Below are positions 52,896 to 62,453 of a DNA stretch of 64,000 nt, piece after piece; within the stretch, counting starts at the first letter, position 1; the number at the start of each line of letters is the position of its first letter. This DNA comes from a virus, in IMG/VR virus record IMGVR_UViG_3300046167_000876. One strand, 5' to 3'. Position numbers and translations under genes: made by a program. Below the pieces are notes generated by a model. That model was not told the DNA's origin and did no database searches. It was given only the letters and a program-made list of their open reading frames with translations.

Positions 52896-52904
52896 ATATG
52901 TATA
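52896..52904 (+). promoter_or_regulatory. Putative late promoter variant ATATGTATA
   Basis: Immediately after the terminator, upstream of phoH. Confidence 0.55.
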
Positions 52905-53028
52905 ATAAAATGCGTTATACTAAAACTATATTTATCTCACTATATAGCTATATCAATTATTTACTGTTTTTTAACGTATTTTCATCGGTTATATTCATCG
53001 ATAACATAACCCTTAATTTCAAGAATTT

Positions 53029-53766
53029 ATGGCAAGTAAACACCATACGGACGATGTATATCGTCCTAAGAGAATTCCTAAAAACCCAATTAAGTTCAAA
53101 CTCCAACTTAATGCCGAACAAAAAGAAGCTAAACAATCAATACTTGATAATACAATCACCCTTTTAGGTGGAAGTGCAGGTAGTGGAAAAACATTGTTAG
53201 CATGTAATGTTGCACTAGATGGTCTTTTAAGAAGACAATATGATAAAATAATCATAACCAGACCTACAGTATCAAAAGAAGAAATAGGATTTTTACCTGG
53301 TGATTTAAGAGAAAAAATGGATCCTTGGGTTCAACCTATTTACCAAAATTTCTTTCAATTATATGATAAAGTTAAAGTAGAAAAACTAATCGAAGATGGT
53401 AAAATAGAAATTGTACCCGTATCGTTTATGCGGGGTAGAACATTTTTAGATTCAATGATAATTGTAGATGAAGCACAAAATGTTACTCATGAACAAATGG
53501 AAATGATTACTTCACGTTTAGGTTTAAGAAGTAAAATGATGATATGTGGTGACCAACATCAAACAGATCTAAAGAAAAAATCAGATTCAGGATTTAAATT
53601 TCTATATTCCGCAGCTAGAAAAATTAAAAATTTAGAAGCTATTACATTAACAACTAACCATAGAAATGAAATTGTTGAAGATTTATTAGATTATTATAAT
53701 GAAGCTATAGATAAAGGAGCAAGTATTACTATTTCTGGTTCATATATTTATAATAATAAAAATTAA
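53029..53766 (+). CDS. phoH: PhoH family ATPase
   Basis: GSAGSGKT, ITRP, IGFLPGDLREK, FMRGRTF, IVDEAQN, GDQHQTDL. Confidence 0.95.
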   Translation: MASKHHTDDVYRPKRIPKNPIKFKLQLNAEQKEAKQSILDNTITLLGGSAGSGKTLLACNVALDGLLRRQYDKIIITRPTVSKEEIGFLPGDLREKMDPWVQPIYQNFFQLYDKVKVEKLIEDGKIEIVPVSFMRGRTFLDSMIIVDEAQNVTHEQMEMITSRLGLRSKMMICGDQHQTDLKKKSDSGFKFLYSAARKIKNLEAITLTTNHRNEIVEDLLDYYNEAIDKGASITISGSYIYNNKN

Positions 53767-53779
53767 TAACATATTTATA
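53744..53779 (+). promoter_or_regulatory. Two ATATTTATA late motifs (53744-52, 53771-79)
   Basis: Upstream of ATG 53793. Confidence 0.6.
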
Positions 53780-53792
53780 ATAAAATTATAAA

Positions 53793-54335
53793 ATGGCAAA
53801 ATGTGTAACTAGTGGATCTCTAAAAGTCCTTATACAAGAAAGTATAACTTTACCTAATAAAAACGAAGAAGTTTGTATTAATGAAGTTACAATACCTGGC
53901 ATAAACCAAACTGTAAGAAGAGTAGATACAATTTCAACTACATTTAGTAGCAGTGGAATTGAAATCTTAAGGTTTGTAGATTCCGAAGAACAACAAACAG
54001 CAGGATCTTTTGTAAGAGATACAGTTAAATATATGAGGTTTACTAATTTATGTACAAAACATTATTGTTCCCTTTATTTGATACAAGATAGTCCGGATGC
54101 TCAAAACCCAAATACAACTGATTTTGGTTCGGGTGATGATGGTTTATTTAAACTAGACCCAGGTAAATCAATGGTGTTTTCTAATGGGCAATTTGATAGT
54201 AATAATTACTATGATTATGTTGTAGAAGGATATGTTGATGAGCAATACATTGGTGGTTTTGCTTCGTTATCTTTAATAAAAGCAAAAGCAGATACTGAAG
54301 ATGTTCAAATAGAATATTTTGTAGCTTCTTCTTAA
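53793..54335 (+). CDS. Hypothetical virion protein
   Basis: Late motif upstream; beta-rich sequence; located in the head/neck module. Confidence 0.5.
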   Translation: MAKCVTSGSLKVLIQESITLPNKNEEVCINEVTIPGINQTVRRVDTISTTFSSSGIEILRFVDSEEQQTAGSFVRDTVKYMRFTNLCTKHYCSLYLIQDSPDAQNPNTTDFGSGDDGLFKLDPGKSMVFSNGQFDSNNYYDYVVEGYVDEQYIGGFASLSLIKAKADTEDVQIEYFVASS

Positions 54336-54366
54336 TATTTATAATAAAATTAAATTAAAATAAAAA

Positions 54367-54756
54367 ATGGCATTAACTTATAGATCAGTAAAAGGTTCAG
54401 CATTAACAATAACTGAATTAGATGATAATTTTAGACACTTTACTTCCTCCCATGCTATAACAGCATCTGCAGGACCTGTTATAATTTCAGGTTCCGATGG
54501 TAGTAACCCAGCTTTAGAAGTAACAGGTTCAGTTGCGCTTAAAGATAATTTAACAGTTGATGGGACATTAACTGGAGTAAATGTAAATCTTACAGGTTCA
54601 TTTTCAGGATCATTAGATAGTACAGGTCTTGTATCAGGTTCATTTTCTGGTTCAATAGATGGAGCTCAAATATTTGTAGGTAATTTACCAACGGCAGATC
54701 CAGGTGTTGCTGGTCAACTTTATAATGATAGTGGAACAATAAAAATATCTTTATAA
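54367..54756 (+). CDS. Short fibre/decoration-like virion protein
   Basis: N-terminal LTYRSVKGSALTITELDDNF anchor motif; C-terminal LPTADPGVAGQLYNDSG; ATATTTATA at 54335-54343. Confidence 0.55.
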   Translation: MALTYRSVKGSALTITELDDNFRHFTSSHAITASAGPVIISGSDGSNPALEVTGSVALKDNLTVDGTLTGVNVNLTGSFSGSLDSTGLVSGSFSGSIDGAQIFVGNLPTADPGVAGQLYNDSGTIKISL

Positions 54757-54783
54757 ATTTATTAATTTTTAAAATAAAAAATT

Positions 54784-54809
54784 AGACCTCAATTTGAGGT
54801 CTTTTTTTT
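54784..54809 (+). terminator. Rho-independent terminator agacctca-att-tgaggtct followed by a T run
   Basis: Stem plus poly-T, followed by the late motif ATATTTATA at 54811-54819. Confidence 0.85.
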
Positions 54810-54833
54810 CATATTTATAACAAAATATAAATT

Positions 54834-55985
54834 ATGAATGTACCTATTTGGCCTGGTTCAAGTTCATTCGCACCCGGAGAAACACCTTTTGGCTTTTATG
54901 ATAACGATCCTGAATTTAGAAGGGACGCAGATAAAGTAGCTGTTTTTTGTGCTAATAGAATGGGTTACCCTTTAGTTGATATTGAATTACAATCTGGATC
55001 TTTCTATACAGCATTTGAAGAAGCGGTAACTATTTATGGAAATGAAATATGGGCTTATATTGTTAGAGATAATTTTCTGGATTTAGAAGGACTTTCTATA
55101 TTTGAAGAGTTAAATGAAACTATTATTACTCCTAGTATGAAAACTATAGTTAGATTAACTCAACAATATGCAGATGAAGCAGGGGTAGGAGGAACAATTC
55201 CTTGGTATTCTGGTTCTTTTGATTTAGTTAAAGGACAACAAAATTATAGTTTTGAAACCTTTATGACAGCAAGTGGATTTACAGGATCTGCATATTCAGA
55301 AGGTATTGAGATAAAAAGAGTGTTCTACCAAGAACCAGTTCCTGCATCAGCTCAATATTTAGATCCATATACAGGTTGGGGTTTTGGTGGATCCATAGCT
55401 GCAGGATTAGTAGGAGTAGGTGGATTTGGAGGTGATATGGGTTATTTGATGATGCCCTTAAGTTATGATATGCAAGTTATTCAAGCCATTGAAATGAATG
55501 AAATGGTCAGATGGTCAAATTATAGTTTTGAAATGCATGGTAATGATCTTAAAGTATTTCCTGTTCCAGAACAAAACGGTAAAATATGGTTCCAATATAT
55601 TTTTGAAAAAGATAGAGGAGGAGTAAAATGTGCTGCTGATCAAGTTAATAATGTTGGTAATGCTAATTTTAAAAACCCTAAATACTCATTAATAAATTCA
55701 ATTGGTAGACAGTGGATATTTGAAATGACATTAGCTATTGCTAAAGAAATGTTAGGGTATGTTAGAGGTAAATATTCTAGTATCCCAATCCCAAATGCGG
55801 AAGTTAATTTAAATCAAGGAGATTTATTGTCAGCCGCAACAGCAGAAAAAACAGCATTATTGGAAAGACTAAGAGCATATTTAGACGAAACTTCTAGAGC
55901 AGCTTTATTAAATAGAAAAGCACAAGAAGCAGAATCTAAAATGGTAGAATTACAACAAGTCCCTTGGACTATTTATGTAGGATAA
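54834..55985 (+). CDS. Neck protein (T4 gp13-like)
   Basis: RMGYPLVDIEL, LAIAKEMLGYVRGKY..IP...V.LN; synteny. Confidence 0.75.
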   Translation: MNVPIWPGSSSFAPGETPFGFYDNDPEFRRDADKVAVFCANRMGYPLVDIELQSGSFYTAFEEAVTIYGNEIWAYIVRDNFLDLEGLSIFEELNETIITPSMKTIVRLTQQYADEAGVGGTIPWYSGSFDLVKGQQNYSFETFMTASGFTGSAYSEGIEIKRVFYQEPVPASAQYLDPYTGWGFGGSIAAGLVGVGGFGGDMGYLMMPLSYDMQVIQAIEMNEMVRWSNYSFEMHGNDLKVFPVPEQNGKIWFQYIFEKDRGGVKCAADQVNNVGNANFKNPKYSLINSIGRQWIFEMTLAIAKEMLGYVRGKYSSIPIPNAEVNLNQGDLLSAATAEKTALLERLRAYLDETSRAALLNRKAQEAESKMVELQQVPWTIYVG

Positions 55986-55986
55986 T

Positions 55987-56502
55987 ATGGCAATGTTTAC
56001 AGGACAGAGAGATGTCTCTCTGGTAAGAAAATTAAATAGAGAATTGATGGGTAATATTATTACCCAACAATGTGCTTTATACCAATTTAAATTAGAAGAA
56101 ACTAAAGTTAATATATATGGTGAAGCTGCTGGTGCTAAATTTTATAATGGTCCTTTCTTATTTAATGTATTAATAAATAGATCAAATGAGGTGTTTGGTG
56201 AAGACGAAGAAGGAATTCAGTTTAATCAACCAATTGATTTTTATTTCTTTAGAGACGATTTAGTAGATGCCGATGTGGTACCTGAAGTTGGTGATATAAT
56301 TTTATATCAAGAAGGATATTATGGAGTACAAAGTACAGTAGCAAACCAATATTTTGGAGGCAAAAATCCAGATTATCCAAATAATATAAACCCATTAAAT
56401 CCTGGGTTAGAATATTTTGGAAATAATTTATCAATATTAGTATCAACCTATTATATACCAGCAGATAAAGTAGCAATTTCTCCATATCAAGAAAGAATGT
56501 AA
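55987..56502 (+). CDS. Head completion/neck protein (gp14-like)
   Basis: NIYGEA, PEVGDIILY; follows the gp13-like gene. Confidence 0.6.
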   Translation: MAMFTGQRDVSLVRKLNRELMGNIITQQCALYQFKLEETKVNIYGEAAGAKFYNGPFLFNVLINRSNEVFGEDEEGIQFNQPIDFYFFRDDLVDADVVPEVGDIILYQEGYYGVQSTVANQYFGGKNPDYPNNINPLNPGLEYFGNNLSILVSTYYIPADKVAISPYQERM

Positions 56503-57425
56503 TGAGTAAAATTAGAAAACCTATACCTAAAACACAAAGACAAATAAGTATTGAACAACAAAAAGCTTTTGATACTGAAAGGGGTAATCCTAATGCTCGT
56601 ATTAACCCAAATGAATCTGAAACCGGAATAGATTTTAATAGATCAACTAAATTAAGTTTTAAAAATGATGATACAAAACCCTTCTCTATTGGCCTTCAAG
56701 ATTTAGATGAAGCGGTATTTTATTATTTTAAAGAAGTTATTAAACCTTTTGTATATCAAAATGGTGGAAGAAGAAATGTACCTATAATTTATGGATCTCC
56801 TGAAAGATGGAAATCATTTCAAAGAGATGGTTATTATAGAGATAAAAAAGGTGCTATAATGTTACCTATTATTGTTGTAAAAAGAGATTCAATAGCAAAA
56901 GATAGATCAGTTTATAATAAATTAGATGCTAATGGTGTAAATTTATATAGTTCATTCCAAAAAAGATATAGTCCTGATAATTTTTATAATAATTTTTCAG
57001 TATTAAATAATAAAAAACCAATAAAAGAACATTATGCAGTTGCTGTTCCTGATTTTGTTACATTAGAATATAGTTGTATTATTCAAACATACTATATGGA
57101 ACAGTTAAATAAAATTATTGAAGCATGTGAATATGCCTCTGATGCCTATTGGGGTAATCCAGAAAGATTTAAATTTAGAGCATTTATAGACCAATTTACA
57201 ACTGCTACAGAATTGACTCAAGGTAAAGATAGATTAGTAAAAGGTACATTTAATATACAATTAAGAGGTTATATTATACCTGATACTATCCAAAAAGAAA
57301 TGCACTCAATTAATAAATGGAATAGTAAATCTAAAGTTACAATTAATTTTGAAACTATTAGTAATGTAGATACATTTGAGCAGGGAATAAAAACTTTTCC
57401 TGGTGGACAGACTAGGGAAGAATAG
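56502..57425 (+). CDS. Tail completion/terminator protein (gp15-like)
   Basis: VPIIYGSPERW, LPII, VPDFVTLEY, QLNKIIE; synteny. Confidence 0.6.
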   Translation: MSKIRKPIPKTQRQISIEQQKAFDTERGNPNARINPNESETGIDFNRSTKLSFKNDDTKPFSIGLQDLDEAVFYYFKEVIKPFVYQNGGRRNVPIIYGSPERWKSFQRDGYYRDKKGAIMLPIIVVKRDSIAKDRSVYNKLDANGVNLYSSFQKRYSPDNFYNNFSVLNNKKPIKEHYAVAVPDFVTLEYSCIIQTYYMEQLNKIIEACEYASDAYWGNPERFKFRAFIDQFTTATELTQGKDRLVKGTFNIQLRGYIIPDTIQKEMHSINKWNSKSKVTINFETISNVDTFEQGIKTFPGGQTREE

Positions 57426-57455
57426 TGTGGAATTTGCTAAATAGTTACGTATATT
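57426..57455 (+). promoter_or_regulatory. Bacteroidota-type promoter TGTGG-N15-TACGTATATT
   Basis: Same spacing as the other copies; upstream of the glycosyltransferase. Confidence 0.6.
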
Positions 57456-57493
57456 AAGGTTACTAAAAATTAACCATAGTTATAAAGTATTAA

Positions 57494-60400
57494 ATGAATA
57501 AAATACCTAAAATATTTGCTCATGGTAGTTATATAGGAACTACAGGTTATGCAAATCATACTAGATTTTTTTATAGAGAATTATCTAAATTACACCCATT
57601 AAAAGTTAGAAATTATACAGTAGGGAAATCTTGGGATGGTCATAGTGAAGAACCACATAATAATGAAAAATATTTAGATTCTTTAGATAAACAACTTTTA
57701 TGTGAACAATCATTATGGGATGAAAATAGAATTTTAAACCATCATTCTATGTATTCATCATATGGTCAAAATTTTGATCATAATGTGAATATTGTTTTAA
57801 ATGAAACTGCTCATCATTTTTATTACCAAAACTATGATGGTCCTAAAATAGCTTATAATGTATGGGAATCAACTCGCCAACCAGATGATTTTTTTAATAA
57901 ACTAAAAGAATATGATCAAGTATGGGTTGCTTCTAACTGGCAAAGAGATTGCACTATAGAACAAGGAATGGACCCTAAAAAGGTTAAAGTTATACCTGAA
58001 GCAGTTGATGGGAAAATATTCTACCCAGATGCAAATGTAACACTTCCAGAATATAAAGATGATAGGTTTAAATTTGTTATGTTTGGTAGATGGGATTATA
58101 GAAAAGCAACCAAAGAAATTATTGAATCTTTTTTAGAGGAATTTAATGAAAATGAACCTGTAGATTTAGTTTTATCTATAGATAACCCATTTGCTAAAGA
58201 TGGATTTGATACAACGGAAAATAGACTTAAAAACTATAATTTAGAAGATCCAAGACTAAAAATTAAACATTTTCCTACTAGAGAAGAATATATAAAATAT
58301 CTCCAAAAGGGTCATGTATTTTTATCTTGTGCCCGAGCTGAAGGATGGAATTTACCTTTAATTGAAGCTATGGCTTGTGGTACTCCTTCTATTTATTCAA
58401 ATTGTAGTGCACAATTAGAATTTGCAAAGGGAATGGGTTTACCTGTTTCTATAAAATCTATGTCTGATGCTAAAAGAGGAGAATATAGTAGTTTTTCTCA
58501 ATCTTTTTTAGCAGGTGAATTTTATGAACCTGATTTTAATCATTTAAAACAACAAATGAGAGATGCTTATGTTAATTATAAAAAACATAAAGAAATAGCT
58601 TTAAAAGAATCTAAAATTATTAGAGAAAAATTTACTTGGGAAAATGCAGCAAAAATAGCGAGTAAAGAGATATCTGATTTTTTAATTAATATACCTAAAA
58701 ATAAAATAGAAATTAGTTTTGATTTAGGCCCTAAAGTAGAAATTAAGGGACATAATAAACAAAAATATTTTGTTGAATTTATAGATAGTTCTAATAATAA
58801 AGTTATACATTCTTCTACTATTACTAATAATATGTGGACTAAATGTAGTAAATCTTATTATATACCTTGGATTATAAAAATAGATGGGGAAGTTGTACAT
58901 AAGTTTAATTTAAAAGATAAAACAGTTAAAATTAATTTTGAATCTAAGGCATTAGGAGATACATTAGCATGGACCCCACAAGTACTTGAATTTTATAAAA
59001 AACATAAATGTAAAGTAATAGTTAGTACATTCCATAATGAATGGTTTAAAAATCTCCCAGAATATAAAGATATTAAATTTATAAAACCTGGAGATCCATA
59101 TAATGCCTATGCAGTATATCAAATAGGATGGTTTAAAAGTAGTGAGGGTGATTGGAAAAACTTTGATCATCATAAAACACAAGTAAATACTATTCCTCTT
59201 ATCCAAGCAGCTACAGATATTTTAGGTTTGCCTTATAAAGAGGTACATTATGGTATAGATTTTACTCCAAAAAAAAGACCTATTAAAGGTAAATACATTT
59301 GTATTGCCCCTAGAGCAACATCAGGGTTAAAAGAATGGCCTCATGAAAATTTTAGATTATTAGCTAAAAAATTACAAAGTAAAGGATATAAAGTAGTTAA
59401 TATATCAAAAGAAGGTTTTAAAGGAACAAATATAATAGATAAAAAGAATTTAAAATGGGAAGATACATTAAATCATTTATACCATGCTGATTTGTTTATA
59501 GGATTAGGTTCTGGTTTATCTTGGCTTAATTGGGTACTAGATAAACATACAGTTATGATTAATAATTTTATTCCTCATGGGTTTGAATTTACTCATAATT
59601 TAACTAAGATAGAAAATAACTCTGTATGTAATAATTGTTGGGTTAGTCCTAAGCATGTATTTGACCCAGGTAATTGGGATTGGTGTCCTGAAAATGAGGG
59701 AACCCAAAACCAACATATATGTCAAAAATCAATAACTACAGATGTAGTATATAATAAAGTATTAAAAATATTAGAACCAAAAAAAAACTTTAAATTTACA
59801 TGGATAACAGGAGGTAATGAAAGTTATTTACCTATGATAGAAGTATTAGCTAAAAGTTTATTAAAATATTCTGAATATAAACTTATAGTATATAGTTTTA
59901 ATTGTGATTCTACAATTGATTTACCTAATGTAATAAATAAAAGAATTAATTACAAACCAAAACCAACTATAAATTCTACCCATGAACCAGATTTATTTAG
60001 TAAAGATTATTCTATATATTTTGCTAAATATCTAGCAAGTTTAGATTCATTAGAAGAAAACTATGATAATTTTGCATGGATAGATGGTGATGCATTTGTA
60101 ACTGAACATATAGATACTTCACTACAATACTTATCTAATTTAAAAGATTATCCTTTATTTATGAAATATTTTCATGAAGATATCAATCAATGGAGATATC
60201 ATAAGGGTATAAAATTAGAAGGAAACTATGGTAATGAATTAGCTTCAATAAAAAATTTAAAACGAAACCCAAATAATAAATTAATAGCAACAGGGTTTTA
60301 TTTTTATAATAAAGAATGTAAATTATTTTTTGAAAAATGTTTAGAATGGAATAAAGAATTAAACCAATACTCAATTAAAATTTATACCGATGATAATGCA

Positions 60401-61225
60401 TTTTCAGAAGAAAGAGTAGCTAATAATATCTTATGGGAAGAAAATAAAACATTAGATTTACCTATTACATGGAATAATTATTATAGTTCACAGGATGAAA
60501 TTTTAGTTAACCCCTATTTTTTAAAACAAGGATTTGATGTAATGTATGATAAATTTTCTCTTCAACCCTATTTTATTCATGGACCAGACCCTTCAGTTGC
60601 ACCTAAAAATGCTAATACCTTAAATAAGGCATTCCATGATTATCAACTTAAAAAGTTAATGATTGTTGCACACCCCGATGATGAATTAATATTTGGAGGA
60701 GCAGAATTAATACAACATGGCCCAGAGTATAAAGTAGTTTGTATTACAAATAAAAGTAATAAAATTAGGAATCAAGAATTTAAAAATGTAATGGAATCAC
60801 TTAATGTAGGTTCTTATGAAATGTGGGATTTTAAAGATTCACTTTATGATGAAACCGAAATTTATGATTTAAATCTTTTTAAAAACTTATTATCTAAAAA
60901 TTGGGAAAAAATTGTAACTCATAATCCTATAGGAGAATATGGTCATCCCAAACATAAAAGATTATTTGAAACTATTAAAAAACTAACTAATAAATTTTAT
61001 GTTTTTAGTAAAAATTCTACAAAATTATCTAAAAATATTTTAGATAAAAAATTAGAATTATTAAAATTATATAAATCAGAACAACCTGTTATTAATCAAA
61101 TATTAACTAAAAATGGTGATTGGTTTAAAAGCAATTCTGATACTAATTATATAGAATATGAATCTATTACTAAGTATAACGAAAGTAAAGATATAACCCC
61201 TTATATAGCATGTTATGAAAAATAA
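57494..61225 (+). CDS. Multi-domain glycan-building enzyme: GT4, Aah/TibC-like (GT9-related) protein O-heptosyltransferase, GT-A-like DxD domain, PIG-L/LmbE deacetylase
   Basis: TGYANH..GRWDYRK..RAEGWNLPLIEAMACG; SKALGDTLAW..FIGLGSGLSWL..CNNCW..CP..C; WIDGD; IVAHPDDELIFGG..THNPIGEYGHPKH. Confidence 0.8.
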   Translation: MNKIPKIFAHGSYIGTTGYANHTRFFYRELSKLHPLKVRNYTVGKSWDGHSEEPHNNEKYLDSLDKQLLCEQSLWDENRILNHHSMYSSYGQNFDHNVNIVLNETAHHFYYQNYDGPKIAYNVWESTRQPDDFFNKLKEYDQVWVASNWQRDCTIEQGMDPKKVKVIPEAVDGKIFYPDANVTLPEYKDDRFKFVMFGRWDYRKATKEIIESFLEEFNENEPVDLVLSIDNPFAKDGFDTTENRLKNYNLEDPRLKIKHFPTREEYIKYLQKGHVFLSCARAEGWNLPLIEAMACGTPSIYSNCSAQLEFAKGMGLPVSIKSMSDAKRGEYSSFSQSFLAGEFYEPDFNHLKQQMRDAYVNYKKHKEIALKESKIIREKFTWENAAKIASKEISDFLINIPKNKIEISFDLGPKVEIKGHNKQKYFVEFIDSSNNKVIHSSTITNNMWTKCSKSYYIPWIIKIDGEVVHKFNLKDKTVKINFESKALGDTLAWTPQVLEFYKKHKCKVIVSTFHNEWFKNLPEYKDIKFIKPGDPYNAYAVYQIGWFKSSEGDWKNFDHHKTQVNTIPLIQAATDILGLPYKEVHYGIDFTPKKRPIKGKYICIAPRATSGLKEWPHENFRLLAKKLQSKGYKVVNISKEGFKGTNIIDKKNLKWEDTLNHLYHADLFIGLGSGLSWLNWVLDKHTVMINNFIPHGFEFTHNLTKIENNSVCNNCWVSPKHVFDPGNWDWCPENEGTQNQHICQKSITTDVVYNKVLKILEPKKNFKFTWITGGNESYLPMIEVLAKSLLKYSEYKLIVYSFNCDSTIDLPNVINKRINYKPKPTINSTHEPDLFSKDYSIYFAKYLASLDSLEENYDNFAWIDGDAFVTEHIDTSLQYLSNLKDYPLFMKYFHEDINQWRYHKGIKLEGNYGNELASIKNLKRNPNNKLIATGFYFYNKECKLFFEKCLEWNKELNQYSIKIYTDDNAFSEERVANNILWEENKTLDLPITWNNYYSSQDEILVNPYFLKQGFDVMYDKFSLQPYFIHGPDPSVAPKNANTLNKAFHDYQLKKLMIVAHPDDELIFGGAELIQHGPEYKVVCITNKSNKIRNQEFKNVMESLNVGSYEMWDFKDSLYDETEIYDLNLFKNLLSKNWEKIVTHNPIGEYGHPKHKRLFETIKKLTNKFYVFSKNSTKLSKNILDKKLELLKLYKSEQPVINQILTKNGDWFKSNSDTNYIEYESITKYNESKDITPYIACYEK

Positions 61226-62123
61226 AAATTTAGTTATCATTGTATGTTATTGTGATACAGAACAAAAAATAAAATTGTTACATAATATGATTAATCAAAT
61301 AAAAAATAAATTTGATATATTAATAGCATCTCACTCCCCTTTACCTATTTCAATTCAAAATGATATAGATTATTTAGTATATGATAAAAGTAATCCTATT
61401 TTAAAATACCCTGAAAGGGGAATGGAATTTTGGAGAATTATTCAAAATCAAAAAATATCACATATAATGAATGATTATGGGTGGACTGTTTTTAATTTGA
61501 AAAAAAACGCAATTACATTTTGCCAAAATTTAGATTATTCTCATTATTCTTTTATAAATTACGATATAGAAATAACAGAAGAAGTATTAAATATACTTAA
61601 TAATCCTAAAGATTTTATATGTAGCGATTTTAAAGACCCAACTACCAATGTTTCTCTATTTCCAAGTTTATTATTTAACATTTTAAGTAAAGAAAATGCT
61701 AATAAAATTAATACTTTAATATCTAAACAAGAATACACCAGCTCAGACCCAATAACAAAACAATCTTTATATTTAGATGCAGAAGCATATTGGGGACATT
61801 TAATTTCTAATTTTGATTATACTAAAGTAGAAACAAAAATAGTAGGATTGTTAGAAACAGGAAACCCAGATGTATTAAATTATAATAAAAGTAATAATCA
61901 ATATAAATTATTTTTTTCTAAAAATGAAGTTATAGTATATGATAATTTTGAAGAAAAATTAGTAAAAATAAATATAAATGGAGAAGTAATTAGTTTAAAT
62001 AATAAACAATCTATTATATACTTTTCTGAAATAAAGAGTTTAGGGTATTATCATAATAATAAATTAATAGATCTTACCTCTAAAGTAAAAAGTGATATTT
62101 ATAATAGAATAGAAAAACATTAA
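61215..62123 (+). CDS. Hypothetical protein, possibly GT-A-like and glycosylation-associated
   Basis: Overlaps the GT stop codon; ILIASHSP, YDKSNP, INYD motifs. Confidence 0.45.
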   Translation: MKNKNLVIIVCYCDTEQKIKLLHNMINQIKNKFDILIASHSPLPISIQNDIDYLVYDKSNPILKYPERGMEFWRIIQNQKISHIMNDYGWTVFNLKKNAITFCQNLDYSHYSFINYDIEITEEVLNILNNPKDFICSDFKDPTTNVSLFPSLLFNILSKENANKINTLISKQEYTSSDPITKQSLYLDAEAYWGHLISNFDYTKVETKIVGLLETGNPDVLNYNKSNNQYKLFFSKNEVIVYDNFEEKLVKININGEVISLNNKQSIIYFSEIKSLGYYHNNKLIDLTSKVKSDIYNRIEKH

Positions 62124-62143
62124 TATTTATAAACAAAAATAAA

Positions 62144-62395
62144 ATGAGTACAACAAAGTTATTAAAAGAAGAGTTGCAGCAATTAAAAGATTTTCAATTA
62201 AAGGATAATGAAATTACTTTTGCTTTAGGACAATTAGAAATAAGAAAAATATTTATTGAAAAAGAAAAGCAAAAACTTCAAATTCAATATCAAAACCAAC
62301 TCCAGAAACAAGAGAAATTAGGAATGGAACTACAGGAAAAATATGGAGAAGGTAATATTGATTTAGAAAAAGGAGAATTTATTAAGTTAAAATAG
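62144..62395 (+). CDS. Small coiled-coil protein common in T4-like phages (EKYGEGNIDLEKGEF)
   Basis: Motif; late motif at 62123-62131. Confidence 0.6.
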   Translation: MSTTKLLKEELQQLKDFQLKDNEITFALGQLEIRKIFIEKEKQKLQIQYQNQLQKQEKLGMELQEKYGEGNIDLEKGEFIKLK

Positions 62396-62414
62396 TTCTT
62401 TGAGAAAGTCTTTA

Positions 62415-62423
62415 ATATGTATA
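62415..62423 (+). promoter_or_regulatory. Putative late promoter variant ATATGTATA
   Basis: Upstream of the sheath ATG 62454. Confidence 0.6.
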
Positions 62424-62453
62424 ATAAAACAATATTAAAAATAACATATAAAG

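Noticed and set aside
52871-53167. 98-aa ORF starting at TTG 52871
   Set aside because: Starts inside the terminator hairpin and overlaps phoH out of frame; unsupported.
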